Source of the DNA: an uncultured delta proteobacterium
Lineage (GTDB): Bacteria > Desulfobacterota > Binatia > Binatales > Binataceae
Direction: 5' to 3'
DNA: 64,000 bases
NCBI GenBank assembly: GCA_963794325.1
Contig: CAWCDG010000004.1
Span: 928,001-992,000 of the forward strand
Shown piece by piece: positions 1-9,430 of the stretch. The translations under genes and the position numbers were made by a program. How positions within the stretch are numbered: position 1 is the stretch's first letter; each line of letters begins with the position of its first letter. The notes under the pieces were generated by a model that did no database searches, was not told where the DNA came from, and was given only the letters and a program-made list of their open reading frames with translations.

Positions 1-547
1 TGCGCAGGCCGTCGAAGTCACGCGCGAACTGATGGCGAAGTGGCAGGCTGATCATCCTGATCAGAAGTGGCAGATGACGCAGAGCGATCAATCGTCGCAG
101 CCGGTGCCCGCGCCGTCAGCCGCATCAGGCGCCGAAGCCGCGGCTCCAGGCAAATCAGGCAACGCAAAGCCTGCGCAAAAAGGCGTCCAGCAGGGTGACA
201 CCTACGCCAGCTTCACCGACCGCGATTACAAAATCTGGAAGAACGAGACCGACAATTTCGTCGCCGAAGGCAAAAGGGTTTTTCACAGCGACAAGGAACT
301 AGGCGGCACGATCGGCGTGAGCTGCGACATGTGCCATCCCGACGCCTCGAATACGCATCCCGAAACTTATCCGAAATACCAGGTTCAGCTACAGAAGGTC
401 GCGTTGCTCCGCGACATGATCGATTGGTGCATCGAGAATCCGGTCAAAGGCAAAGCGCTCGACCCCAACGATCCTAAACTGCGCGCACTCGAAGCGTACA
501 TCCTGGCCCAGCGCAAAGGCGTCCCCCTCGACTACGGCAAGCATTGA
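1..547 (+). CDS. c-type cytochrome with a SoxA/TsdA-like heme domain (5'-truncated by window edge)
   Basis: CDMCH heme-binding motif followed by YPKY...LRDMIDWCIENP...LRALEAYI, a SoxA-like pattern; frame is open from base 2, so the true start is probably upstream. Confidence 0.65.
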   Translation, partial: AQAVEVTRELMAKWQADHPDQKWQMTQSDQSSQPVPAPSAASGAEAAAPGKSGNAKPAQKGVQQGDTYASFTDRDYKIWKNETDNFVAEGKRVFHSDKELGGTIGVSCDMCHPDASNTHPETYPKYQVQLQKVALLRDMIDWCIENPVKGKALDPNDPKLRALEAYILAQRKGVPLDYGKH

Positions 548-595
548 TCAGCTCGCGCTCATCAAGCACCTTTACAAACCTGCTCGAGGCTGATA

Positions 596-611
596 GCACC
601 TAATTAGGTGC
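596..611. promoter_or_regulatory. Perfect 16-bp palindrome, putative antitoxin operator
   Basis: GCACCTAATTAGGTGC directly upstream of the RBS of the Phd/YefM antitoxin. Confidence 0.55.
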
Positions 612-634
612 CGTATTGGGAGGACTGTTCCGCC

Positions 635-925
635 ATGCTCGACATAACAAAGGACGTTCAATCGCTGACTGACTTTCGGCGCAATTCGAGCAAATTCCTC
701 AAGCAGATTAAGAAGAGCAAGCGGCCTATCGTGCTGACCGTCAATGGTAAGTCCAAAGCTGTCGTGCAGGACGCGGAATCCTATCAGCGATTGCTCGACA
801 TCGCTGCGCGCGCCGACGTTTACGAGGCGATCAGGCAGGGCCTGGACGACATCGATAAAGGTCGGACTCGGCCTGCCCGCGAGGTATTGAACGAGTTGCG
901 CCGGCGGTATGGCATATCACGTTGA
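635..925 (+). CDS. Phd/YefM family antitoxin
   Basis: SLTDFRRNSSKFLKQIKKSKRPIVLTVNGK pattern; GGAGG RBS before ATG 635; overlaps downstream toxin. Confidence 0.85.
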   Translation: MLDITKDVQSLTDFRRNSSKFLKQIKKSKRPIVLTVNGKSKAVVQDAESYQRLLDIAARADVYEAIRQGLDDIDKGRTRPAREVLNELRRRYGISR

Positions 926-1211
926 ACTGTCTATTCGTGCCGAGCAGGACCTCAACTACATATCTGAGCGGATCTCGGCGGACGATTCGGTCGCGGCCTC
1001 TCGCTGGTTCGATGGACTAGAGAAGGCGATCAATACGCTCGAAACGTTCCCTCGACGCTGCCCGATCACTCCAGAAAGCAAAAGGACCAAACAGGGGTTA
1101 CGTCAGCTGCTCCACAATCCGATGCGGATCATTTACGAAATCGACGAAGCGCGCAAATTGGTCAGTGTTGTAACCATCAGACATTCGGCGATGGATGCGT
1201 TTAGCGCCTGA
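909..1211 (+). CDS. RelE/ParE family toxin
   Basis: 100 aa; VELSIRAEQDL...LETFPRRCP...RIIYEIDE...VVTIRHSA; overlaps antitoxin by 17 nt. Confidence 0.85.
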   Translation: MAYHVELSIRAEQDLNYISERISADDSVAASRWFDGLEKAINTLETFPRRCPITPESKRTKQGLRQLLHNPMRIIYEIDEARKLVSVVTIRHSAMDAFSA

Positions 1212-1246
1212 CACAACGCGAGCGACCGCTCGCGGCGATGCGATCC

Positions 1247-1705
1247 TTACTGGCGATGCGGGTGGAGCTGCAGCAGCATCAACATCATCAGCAGACGATC
1301 CTCGCGCGGTTCGAACTGAGGTGCCGTCCTATCATCGGCGAGCAGCTCGCTCTGCGCCGTTTCGCCAAAGACCTCGAACGACCCGCGCGCGTCCGTGCCA
1401 ATCGAAAGTAGTTGCGATGAGGTGACATCCGCCGGTTGCGGGTGCGCAACTGAAAACCGTCTCGCCGGACTGTCCGCATCGCTAAACAGGCGAGGATCGA
1501 GCGAAACACGACCGATGAGGCCGGCGTTGAGACGCGTAATCGACCACGGCGTCAGTGGCTCGAGCAACGGATTGTCGAGCAAACCGCTCGTTTGTAGCCC
1601 GATCAATACCATCGAAGCTGCGATAAGCGAGGCCAGCGCGACTATTGCCGCGCGCCCGTCGCGCGCGCCGATGCCTATCGTGGGAATGTGCGTTTGCAAT
1701 TTCAT
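1247..1705 (-). CDS. Hypothetical protein with N-terminal hydrophobic segment
   Basis: 152-aa ORF, GGGGA RBS, single TM/signal-like stretch (AAIVALASLIAASMVLIGL). Confidence 0.5.
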   Translation of the reverse strand: MKLQTHIPTIGIGARDGRAAIVALASLIAASMVLIGLQTSGLLDNPLLEPLTPWSITRLNAGLIGRVSLDPRLFSDADSPARRFSVAHPQPADVTSSQLLSIGTDARGSFEVFGETAQSELLADDRTAPQFEPREDRLLMMLMLLQLHPHRQ

Positions 1706-1729
1706 TCGAATATCCCCACGGCCGTAAGC

Positions 1730-1745
1730 AGCAAGATATATACCG
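1730..1745 (-). promoter_or_regulatory. Putative sigma-54 (-24/-12) promoter
   Basis: Minus strand CGGTATATATCTTGCT = GG-N10-GC with TTGC, about 25 nt upstream of ATG 1705. Confidence 0.4.
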
Positions 1746-1823
1746 CCAACTAGTAGGGTTATCTTATCATTCAGTACAGCACAGCTTGTGAGCTTTACGA
1801 GCTTCCTGTGCTCCGTTGCCGTG

Positions 1824-2350
1824 TCAGCGCGCGCGGTAGAAGAGCCAGGCGCGTTCTGAGATTGCGGCGACGTAGAATATCGCGATCAGCGGCGCCAGGC
1901 CGCGCACGATTGCGCCGGGAAGCGCGGGCGGCGGTGCGATCGCGAGCGTGATCACCAGCGCATAGTTGATTATACCGCCCCAGTGCCCGAGCCGGCTCTT
2001 TATCGGTCCTATTGCCGCTGTCCAATCAACACTGAGTCGATCGCGTACTGGCTGAACGAAAGCGCGATGAGTATCGGGATGTAGAACGGGATCGTGCCGG
2101 CGATCGCTTCACAGAAAAGCGCCGCGAGCACGAAAGTCACATCGGCGATTCCGTCGATCCATCGCCCGCTCCCGCTTGCGACTCTGAGCCGCCGCGCGAT
2201 TCGGCCGTCAACGAAATCGCTGCCCGCCGCGACGATCGCGACCGTCGCAAATGCCAATCGTCCCTGATGCCCATGGAACGCTAGCTCGATCCAGATGGCG
2301 GCCAGCGCAAATCTCACCGCGCTCAGCCCGTTGGGTATCTGCGCGAGCAT
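1824..2350 (-). CDS. CDP-alcohol phosphatidyltransferase family protein (two apparent 1-nt deletions near 2009 and 1981)
   Basis: IPNGLSAVR...SDFVDGRIARR...GRWIDGIAD signature; C-terminal part (GPIKSRLGHW / GGIINYALV...AWLFYRAR*) continues in shifted frames to stop at 1824. Confidence 0.75.
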
Positions 2351-2419
2351 CACGCCGCCGCTGCCCCGCACTTTGGTGGTTTCGCTCGCCGTGACCGAAT
2401 GCTCTACAATAGACCTCTT

Positions 2420-3403
2420 ATGCCCGGAAAAACTTCCCCCACTATTCAGGTCGTCAGCCACGGCCCTTCATGCCTCGACGGTGTGATGGCGGCGGCGGCG
2501 GTAGCGCGCTTTTACGAAGGCCATAAAGTCTTCACGACGCTGGCCGGCAACAACGAAGCCGACAATACAATCGGCAATCTGACGCTCAAGTCCGACGGCG
2601 CCGGCAACGAGAATGAAATCTGGATCACCGATTTGTCCTGGAACTCACCGGCGACCGGTGCGCACCTGACCGAACTGAGTCAACGCGGCGCGCGCATCTA
2701 CTGGATCGATCATCATCGCACCGCAGTCTCCCGCGCCGATGCCCCCGAGTTCAAGGTGCCGTTCACTGCCAAAGTCCTCAGCGAACAGTATTCGGCCGCG
2801 CGCCTGACCTTCAACTTTCTCAAAAAGATGGGCCGCGACCTTCCCGAGTCTCGACGCGCCGAGTTCGACGCCTTCGAGCCGTTCGTGATGATCGCCGACG
2901 ATCACGATCGATGGATTCACAAGATTCCCGAGTCGCCCGATTGGGCGCTCGCGGTGCAGACGCTCGGCGGATCGTCGTCGTATCGCGAAATTCTAAAACT
3001 GCGCGAGCCGCGGATGAGCCGCAAGCTGCGCACCGCGTTCGAGTCGGGGAAGGACGCGATGCGCCGCAGCCTCGAACTGGCGCATGCGACGATGGTCGAT
3101 CGCAAGCTCGACAACGGAATCACCGTGCGGACCGCGTGCTGCTTCGGCTACAGCAGCGAGGTCGCATCGCATTTGTACCAGGGCCAGAGCCGGATGGTAG
3201 TCGCGCTGTTCGATTTGCGCAGCCAGGGCATCAGCCTGCGGCGCAGCTCCGATTGCGACGTCGACCTGTCGCTGCTGGCGCAACACTACGGTGGCGGAGG
3301 ACACGCCGCCGCCTCCGGTTTCGCGATCCCCGACCTGCGCCGCCTTCCAGCCGAACGCCTGTCTCAGATCCTCGGCGATCAGCTCGAATACCCGATGCCC
3401 TGA
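2420..3403 (+). CDS. DHH/DHHA1 family phosphoesterase
   Basis: HxxxxxDG, ITDL, IDHH motifs and C-terminal SLR...GGGGH. Confidence 0.85.
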   Translation: MPGKTSPTIQVVSHGPSCLDGVMAAAAVARFYEGHKVFTTLAGNNEADNTIGNLTLKSDGAGNENEIWITDLSWNSPATGAHLTELSQRGARIYWIDHHRTAVSRADAPEFKVPFTAKVLSEQYSAARLTFNFLKKMGRDLPESRRAEFDAFEPFVMIADDHDRWIHKIPESPDWALAVQTLGGSSSYREILKLREPRMSRKLRTAFESGKDAMRRSLELAHATMVDRKLDNGITVRTACCFGYSSEVASHLYQGQSRMVVALFDLRSQGISLRRSSDCDVDLSLLAQHYGGGGHAAASGFAIPDLRRLPAERLSQILGDQLEYPMP

Positions 3404-3408
3404 CATTT

Positions 3409-3525
3409 GTCATCCCGACGCGCTGATCAACGCGATCTTTGAGCGTCATCCTGACGTAGCGAGCAACGCGAGCCCTCCGTGTCATCCTGACGACGGGAGC
3501 GATAGCGACGGGAGGAATGGACCTC
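3409..3525 (+). repeat. Three GTCATCCYGACG units at exact 36-bp period (REP-like GTCATCCTGA family)
   Basis: Copies start at 3409, 3445, 3481; units 1 and 2 also share GAnCAACGCGA. Confidence 0.7.
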
Positions 3526-3622
3526 GGACAGCTTCGCGCCACACGCGAAGCCGGTTCCGGTCTCTGAAATCGCGCGCCGCGCGCGCTCCTCAGTAAACGA
3601 CTGTGCCAGTGAGGATTTTCCC

Positions 3623-3685
3623 TTGCTTCAACTCTACCCAAATGCCTAGACTGACTGTACGTTCATTTGACTGACTGACCAGTTC
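3623..3685 (+). promoter_or_regulatory. Putative promoter with tandem TetR operator-like direct repeats
   Basis: TTGCTT-N18-TAGACT; GACTGACTG...GTTC repeated at 3649 and 3669 just before the TetR ATG. Confidence 0.45.
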
Positions 3686-3688
3686 GCA

Positions 3689-4294
3689 ATGACCAAAGAA
3701 GAAGTAATCAAGGAATATCGGGTCCGCGAGATCCTCGAAGCCGCTCGCCGCGTGATGGCTCGATATGGAATGCAGGGCACCACTGTTGACCGCGTCGCCG
3801 AGGAAGCCAAGGTCGCCAAGGGCACTATCTACCTCTACTTCGACACCAAGGATGCGCTGGTCCAGACCGCGGTGCTTGAGGGCCTCCGCGAGATGGTCGC
3901 GGAGACCCACGCCTCCGACGACCCGTCGATACCGCCGCTCGAGCGAATCCGCAAACTCATCCTGGTGCAGTTCCGAATCCAGGCCTCGAACCAGGATTTT
4001 CTGAAGACACTTATTATCGGCAACTCGCTCGATATCGAAGTCGAGTCGGAAGCGGGCCGCCAATACATGCGGGTCTACGCTGGCCATCTCGACTTCATGG
4101 CGTCGGTGCTGCAGGACGCGATCGATCGTGGCGCGATTCGTCAGATCGATCCGCAATTCGCGGCCTTCATGCTCGGCGAGATGCTCACCGGATCGCTGCG
4201 CCGCCGACTGCTCAAGTTGGCGTCGAGTCCGCTCGAATCGGACGCGGAAGCGGTCGTGGAACTTTTTCTCAAAGGGATCGCGGCGCTGCCATGA
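3689..4294 (+). CDS. TetR/AcrR family transcriptional regulator
   Basis: ILEAARRVMARYG...TTVDRVAEEAKVAKGTIYLYFDTK HTH; first gene of RND operon. Confidence 0.92.
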   Translation: MTKEEVIKEYRVREILEAARRVMARYGMQGTTVDRVAEEAKVAKGTIYLYFDTKDALVQTAVLEGLREMVAETHASDDPSIPPLERIRKLILVQFRIQASNQDFLKTLIIGNSLDIEVESEAGRQYMRVYAGHLDFMASVLQDAIDRGAIRQIDPQFAAFMLGEMLTGSLRRRLLKLASSPLESDAEAVVELFLKGIAALP

Positions 4295-5385
4295 AGGCTT
4301 TTTTCAGCGTTCGAGTATTCGTTTTGCTGACAGCCGCGGCCGGCGCGCTCGCGCTCGCGGGATGCCATCAGCCGGCTGCCGCTGAAGTCGAGAGCAAGAC
4401 GGAGCCAATCGCGATCGCCGTCGCGACGGCGCGGCAACAGAATCTCGATCGCACGGCCGAAGTACAGGGCGCGCTCTTTCCGCGCGAGCATGCGGTGATG
4501 TCGTCGGAAGTCGAGGGCAGAGTGGCGGAGGTCGTCGCGGATTTCGGCGACAAGGTCACCGCCGGCCAGGTGATGCTGAAAATCAACCCGCGCGAGTACG
4601 AGCTGCGCGTCGAGACTGCGCAGGCGGCGCTCCATCAGGCTCGTGCCAAGCTGGCAAATTCGAGCGCGCGTTACGATCGCGCCAAGGCGCTCAAGCAGGC
4701 GGCGGCTATCTCGACCGAACAGTTCGACCAGTTGGCGTCGCAGTTGCGGGTCGATCAGGCCGACACGGAATCGGCCGATGAAGCGGTCGCGATGGCGCGC
4801 AAGAAGCTCGGCGACACCGAAATCAAGGCGCCCTTCAGCGGTTCCGTGCAGAAGCGGATGGTCTCGCTCGGCGAGTACGTCGCGCCCGGCAAGGAAATTT
4901 ACGAACTGATCGCGATCGATCCGATCAAGCTGCGATGCCCGATGCCGGAGCGGTTCGTGCCGCTGGCGCGCGTCGGCATGCCGGTGAAGCTCGCGATCGA
5001 CGCCGACCAGGGTAAGTCGTACACCGGGAAAATCACGCGCATCGCCCCGGCGCTCGACGAAAGCAGCCGCACGCTGCTGGTCGAGGCCGAGGTGGCCAAT
5101 CCCGACGGCGCGCTCAAGCCTGGATTTTTCGCGCACGTCGTCATGGATCTCGGCCACGATCGCGCGCTGTTCGTGCCCAACGCCGCGGTGCTGCGCTATG
5201 CGGGGGTCGCGCGGGTGTTCGTCGTCGAGCAAGGCGTCGTGCGCGCGCGTGAGGTGACCACCGGCAGCGTCGTTGGCGATCAGATTGAAATCACCGGCGG
5301 GCTGAAGGTGGGCGATCACGTCGCGGTGAGCAACGTCGATCGCCTTGCTGACGGCACCGCGGTCACTGCGAAGGAGCAGTCGTGA
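4291..5385 (+). CDS. RND efflux periplasmic adaptor (membrane fusion protein), lipoprotein
   Basis: LAGC lipobox; SEVEGRVAEV...GDKVTAGQ; IKAPFSG; LKPGFFA. Confidence 0.92.
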   Translation: MKAFFSVRVFVLLTAAAGALALAGCHQPAAAEVESKTEPIAIAVATARQQNLDRTAEVQGALFPREHAVMSSEVEGRVAEVVADFGDKVTAGQVMLKINPREYELRVETAQAALHQARAKLANSSARYDRAKALKQAAAISTEQFDQLASQLRVDQADTESADEAVAMARKKLGDTEIKAPFSGSVQKRMVSLGEYVAPGKEIYELIAIDPIKLRCPMPERFVPLARVGMPVKLAIDADQGKSYTGKITRIAPALDESSRTLLVEAEVANPDGALKPGFFAHVVMDLGHDRALFVPNAAVLRYAGVARVFVVEQGVVRAREVTTGSVVGDQIEITGGLKVGDHVAVSNVDRLADGTAVTAKEQS

Positions 5386-8300
5386 TTCTCGCCGACCTGT
5401 GCGTGCGCCGCCCGGTGTTCGCGACGATGTTCGTCGGCGTATTGGTGGTGCTCGGCTGGTTCTCGTACATGCGTCTCGGCGTCGATCTGTTTCCCAAAGT
5501 CGATGTGCCGACCGTGATGGTCACGACGTTTCTTCCCGGCGCTGCGCCCGAGGAGACCGAAGCGCGCGTCACCAAGCCGATCGAAGAGGCGATCAATACC
5601 GTCAGCGGAATCGACGAGATGCGCTCGAACACGCTCGAAGGCGTCTCGCGGGTTATCATCCAGTTCAAACTCGAGCGCGATCTCGATGCCGCCGTGCAGG
5701 ACGTGCGCGACAAGATTTCTACGGTGCTCGATCAGCTGCCCGACGGGACCAAACCGCCGCAGGTGCAGAAGTTTGATCTCGACGCGGTGCCGGTCGTGAC
5801 TATCACGCTCACCGGCTACCAGAGCCTGAAGGAGCTCACCGAGATGGCGCGGCGGCGCCTCAAGGAACCGCTCGAATCGGTTGACGGGGTCGGTTCGATC
5901 GACATCGTCGGCGGCCGCGAGCGTGAGGTTCACGTCGATGTCGACGCCGACAAGCTGCACGCGACCGGCGTGACTATTCAGCAGGTCGGCGCGGCGCTCT
6001 CGCGGCAAAACGTCGAGTACCCCGGCGGCCGCATGAAGCAGGGCATGTCCGAAGAGATGCTGCGCACGCTCGGCCGAATAACCGCGGTTCCCGATTTTGC
6101 AAAAATAATAGTCAGCGAAGCAGATGGACGCCCGGTCACGGTCGGCGACGTCGCGTCAGTCGAGGACGCGGTCAAGGAGCCGCGCTCCCTGTCGCGATGG
6201 GACAACAAGAACGCCGTCTCGCTGATCGTGCGCAAGCAGTCGGGCGAAAACACGATCGAGGTCGTCGATCGCGTCAAAGAGCGCTACCAGGCGATCAAGG
6301 GCACACTGCCGCCGGGCGTCGACGTAATCTTCACGCGCGACGCGTCCACCTTCATCCGCGCCGCGGTCGATACCGTGCAGGAGCATCTCTGGCTCGGCGG
6401 TCTCTGCGCCGCAATCGTGGTGTTCTTTTTTCTCGGCTCGATTACCTCGACGCTGATCGCCGCGGTCGCCATTCCGGTTTCGATCATCGCGACTTACTCG
6501 TTGATCCTGTGGATGGGTTTCACCCTCAACCGCATGACCCTGCTGGCACTGACGCTGGCGGTTGGAATCGTGATCGACGACGCCATCGTCGTGCTCGAAA
6601 ATATTTTCCGCTTCATCGAAGAAAAAAACATGGACCCGATGGCCGCGGCGAAAGCGGCCACCGCCGAGGTCGGGCTGGCGGTCAGCGCGACCACCCTCTC
6701 ACTCGCCGTCATTTTCGTCCCGGTCGCGTTCATCCACGGCGTGATGGGCCGCTTCCTCAATTCGTTCGGCTTGACGATGGCGTTCGCCATCATGGTGTCG
6801 CTGCTGGTTTCGTTCACGCTCACTCCGATGCTGTGTTCGCGCTATCTGAAATCCAAGGGCGCCGGCGGCGCAAAGCACAATCGCACCAAGGACTGGAAAA
6901 TTTTCCGCTCGATCGAGGACTACTACGACCTCGCGCTGCGCTGGTCGCTCGACCATCGATGGGTGCTGGTCGTCGTGGCGCTGGCACTCGTCATCTCGAT
7001 TCCGTTCCTCGGCAAGCTGGTCGGGGCGACCTTCATGCCCGACGACGATTCGAGCGAATTCGCCGTTAACATTCGCACGCCGCCCGGCTATTCGCTCGCG
7101 CACACCGATCAGATCGTCGCGCAGATCGAGGATCGCCTCCGCACAATTCCCGAGGTTCGCGACCTGTTCACCACGGTAGGCGACACCAACGGCGACGATC
7201 GCGTGACCGTTGCGCAAGTCGATGCAAAACTTTTTCCGCTCAACCAGCGCCGCCGCAGCCAGGAACTGGTAATGGCCGACGCGCGCAAGTTGATGGACGC
7301 GTTTCCAGCGCTGCGCGTCAGCGTGGATCCGATCAAGCCCTGGGAGCAGGGTGGTTATCGCGAAGTCGCGGTCGAATACGACATGCGCGGTCCCGACCTC
7401 GACACGCTGCGCACCTACGCCGACGGTCTGATGACTCGGCTCAGAACGATTCCCGGCATCGTCGATCTCGACTCCAGTTACGAAGGCGGATTGCCCGAGC
7501 TTCAGGTCAATATCGATCGCACCAAGTCCGCCGACCTCGGCGTGTCGGTTGACGATATCGCGCAGACCATGCGCACGATGGTGCAGGGCGACGTGGTCAC
7601 GCGGTTTCGCGAGGGCCAGGATACTTACGACGTGCGCCTCCAGTTGGCCGACAAGGATCGCAACAATCCGGTGGTGGTCGCGGGTCTGACGATTCCGTCG
7701 AGCAAGGTCGGACAGGTGCGGCTCGACAACGTGGCGGCGCTTACGCACGGGACTGGCCCGGTGCAGATCGATCGTCAGGATCGCCAGCGCAACATCTCGA
7801 TCGTGTTCAACCTCGCGCCCGGATTCGCGATGAACAAAGTGATGGACGCCGTCACGCGCGAGGTGCAGCAGATTCATCTGCCGGCCGGCTACGTCACCGA
7901 GTTCGGCGGCCAGAGCAAGATTTACGGCGAGATGGTCACCGGCTTCATCGTCGCGTTTCTGCTCTCGATCATCTTCATGTACATGGTGCTGGCGGCGCAG
8001 TTCGAGAGCTTCGTCCATCCGATTACGATCATGCTGTCGCTGCCGCTGGCGGTGCCGTTCGCGCTGATCTCGCTGTTCCTCTTCCATGAGCATCTGATGC
8101 TGTACTCGACGCTCGGCATCTTGCTGCTGTTCGGCATCGTGAAGAAGAACTCGATCCTGCAGCTCGATCAAACGCTCAACCTGATTCGTGCCGGACTGGA
8201 GCGGCGCCAGGCAATCCTGACTGCGAATCGCGATCGCCTGCGGCCGATCCTCATGACTACGGCGGCACTCGTCGCCGGCATGATTCCCGTCGCGATCGGA

Positions 8301-8516
8301 CGAGGCGCCGGCGACAGTTCGGTCCGCGCAATCGCGCTGGTCGTAATCGGCGGTCAGACGCTGTGCCTGCTGATCACGCTGCTGTTCACGCCGGTGGCAT
8401 TCTCGCTGTTCGACGATATGGAGAATTGGTTCCGCAGTTTGCGCAAGGCGCCCAGCCGGCTGAAGCTGGTCGAGCCGCGCTACGACGACGACCTCGAACG
8501 CGAAGCTATCGACTAG
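5382..8516 (+). CDS. RND efflux permease subunit (AcrB/AcrD/AcrF family)
   Basis: 1044 aa; RRPVFATM, GIVIDDAIVVLENI, RLRPILMTT. Confidence 0.95.
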   Translation: MILADLCVRRPVFATMFVGVLVVLGWFSYMRLGVDLFPKVDVPTVMVTTFLPGAAPEETEARVTKPIEEAINTVSGIDEMRSNTLEGVSRVIIQFKLERDLDAAVQDVRDKISTVLDQLPDGTKPPQVQKFDLDAVPVVTITLTGYQSLKELTEMARRRLKEPLESVDGVGSIDIVGGREREVHVDVDADKLHATGVTIQQVGAALSRQNVEYPGGRMKQGMSEEMLRTLGRITAVPDFAKIIVSEADGRPVTVGDVASVEDAVKEPRSLSRWDNKNAVSLIVRKQSGENTIEVVDRVKERYQAIKGTLPPGVDVIFTRDASTFIRAAVDTVQEHLWLGGLCAAIVVFFFLGSITSTLIAAVAIPVSIIATYSLILWMGFTLNRMTLLALTLAVGIVIDDAIVVLENIFRFIEEKNMDPMAAAKAATAEVGLAVSATTLSLAVIFVPVAFIHGVMGRFLNSFGLTMAFAIMVSLLVSFTLTPMLCSRYLKSKGAGGAKHNRTKDWKIFRSIEDYYDLALRWSLDHRWVLVVVALALVISIPFLGKLVGATFMPDDDSSEFAVNIRTPPGYSLAHTDQIVAQIEDRLRTIPEVRDLFTTVGDTNGDDRVTVAQVDAKLFPLNQRRRSQELVMADARKLMDAFPALRVSVDPIKPWEQGGYREVAVEYDMRGPDLDTLRTYADGLMTRLRTIPGIVDLDSSYEGGLPELQVNIDRTKSADLGVSVDDIAQTMRTMVQGDVVTRFREGQDTYDVRLQLADKDRNNPVVVAGLTIPSSKVGQVRLDNVAALTHGTGPVQIDRQDRQRNISIVFNLAPGFAMNKVMDAVTREVQQIHLPAGYVTEFGGQSKIYGEMVTGFIVAFLLSIIFMYMVLAAQFESFVHPITIMLSLPLAVPFALISLFLFHEHLMLYSTLGILLLFGIVKKNSILQLDQTLNLIRAGLERRQAILTANRDRLRPILMTTAALVAGMIPVAIGRGAGDSSVRAIALVVIGGQTLCLLITLLFTPVAFSLFDDMENWFRSLRKAPSRLKLVEPRYDDDLEREAID

Positions 8517-8599
8517 CCCCGCGCGGGCCTCCCATCTTCAATCCTGCTCATGCGTTCTGATACGCTCGCGAAATTGTGACCGCTGGAGACAAAACCACC

Positions 8600-8959
8600 A
8601 TGGGCGAAATCGCGATCGTTCTCGCACTCGGACTTGCCGCCGGCATCCTCGGCGGGTTCATCGGCGTCGGCGGCGGCGTCCTGATTGTTCCGGTACTCGT
8701 GCTGGCGCTCGGCTTCGATCAGCATCTCGCGGTCGGCACGTCGCTCGGCGCCCTGCTGCCTCCGGTTGGAATCCTCGGCGCGTACGAGTACTACAAGCAC
8801 GGCCATCTCAATATCACGTATGCGCTGCTGCTGGGTTTGGGATTACTGATCGGCGCGTACATCGGCGCGGTGTATGCCGTCAAAATGCCCGCCTCGACCC
8901 TGCGCCGCATCTTCGGCGTGTTCCTGCTGCTGACCTCGATTCGGATGCTCTACCAATAG
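8600..8959 (+). CDS. TauE/SafE (TSUP) family membrane protein
   Basis: AGILGGFIGVGGGVLIVPVL...AVGTSL; about 119 aa, hydrophobic. Confidence 0.85.
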   Translation: MGEIAIVLALGLAAGILGGFIGVGGGVLIVPVLVLALGFDQHLAVGTSLGALLPPVGILGAYEYYKHGHLNITYALLLGLGLLIGAYIGAVYAVKMPASTLRRIFGVFLLLTSIRMLYQ

Positions 8960-9003
8960 ATGCGTGCCTTGCGATTAAGGATCGCCCTTACTAAGTTCGC
9001 GAT

Positions 9004-9430
9004 GTGGACGCGGCGCTCGAACAAGCACTCAACCTTTTGCTCGAATCCGAGCGCGCCGGAGTACTCGCCCTCGAAAAGCTTATCGCCGACGTCAAGCAGG
9101 ACGAGCTGAAGAAGTTCCTGTCCGGTTCGCGCGCAATGGAACAGCGCAACGCCGAGGAACTCGAGTCTCTGATTCGCGACAACGGCGGCAAGCCGTCCAG
9201 CGGCGTCGGGCCCTTCGCTCGCAAGGTCGCACGCGCTCGACTCGATTCGCGATCGCCTGAACCTGATGTCACGCGGCCAGGAATGGGCCGCGCGCAAGAC
9301 CGAAGTCGCGCTCGCACTCGCGCCCGCCGACGGCCCAATCCACGACTACCTGACCGCCATGGCAAATCGTCATCGCGCCGAAGTGGAGTGGGGCCGCGCC
9401 GAAGTAATCCGCCTCACGTCTGCGGGATAG
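9004..9430 (+). CDS. DUF6306-like ferritin-fold protein (one extra base near 9231)
   Basis: LNLLLESERAG...; shifted frame gives ALDSIRDRLNLMSRGQEWAARK...MANRHRAEVEW ending TAG 9428-9430. Confidence 0.65.

Noticed and set aside
635-1211. Toxin-antitoxin pairs (also 53385-54006) as markers of a prophage or defence island
   Set aside because: Both are isolated among housekeeping genes with no phage, integrase or defence neighbours
3409-3520. Possible mini CRISPR array (12-bp repeat, 24-bp spacers)
   Set aside because: Repeat too short, only three units, spacers resemble each other, no cas genes; better explained as REP-like tandem duplication
4141-8171. Long antisense ORFs (392, 230, 490 aa) and similar ones opposite gdh, P450, porin, cysA and helicase
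   Set aside because: Shadow ORFs expected from high-GC codon bias; no motifs
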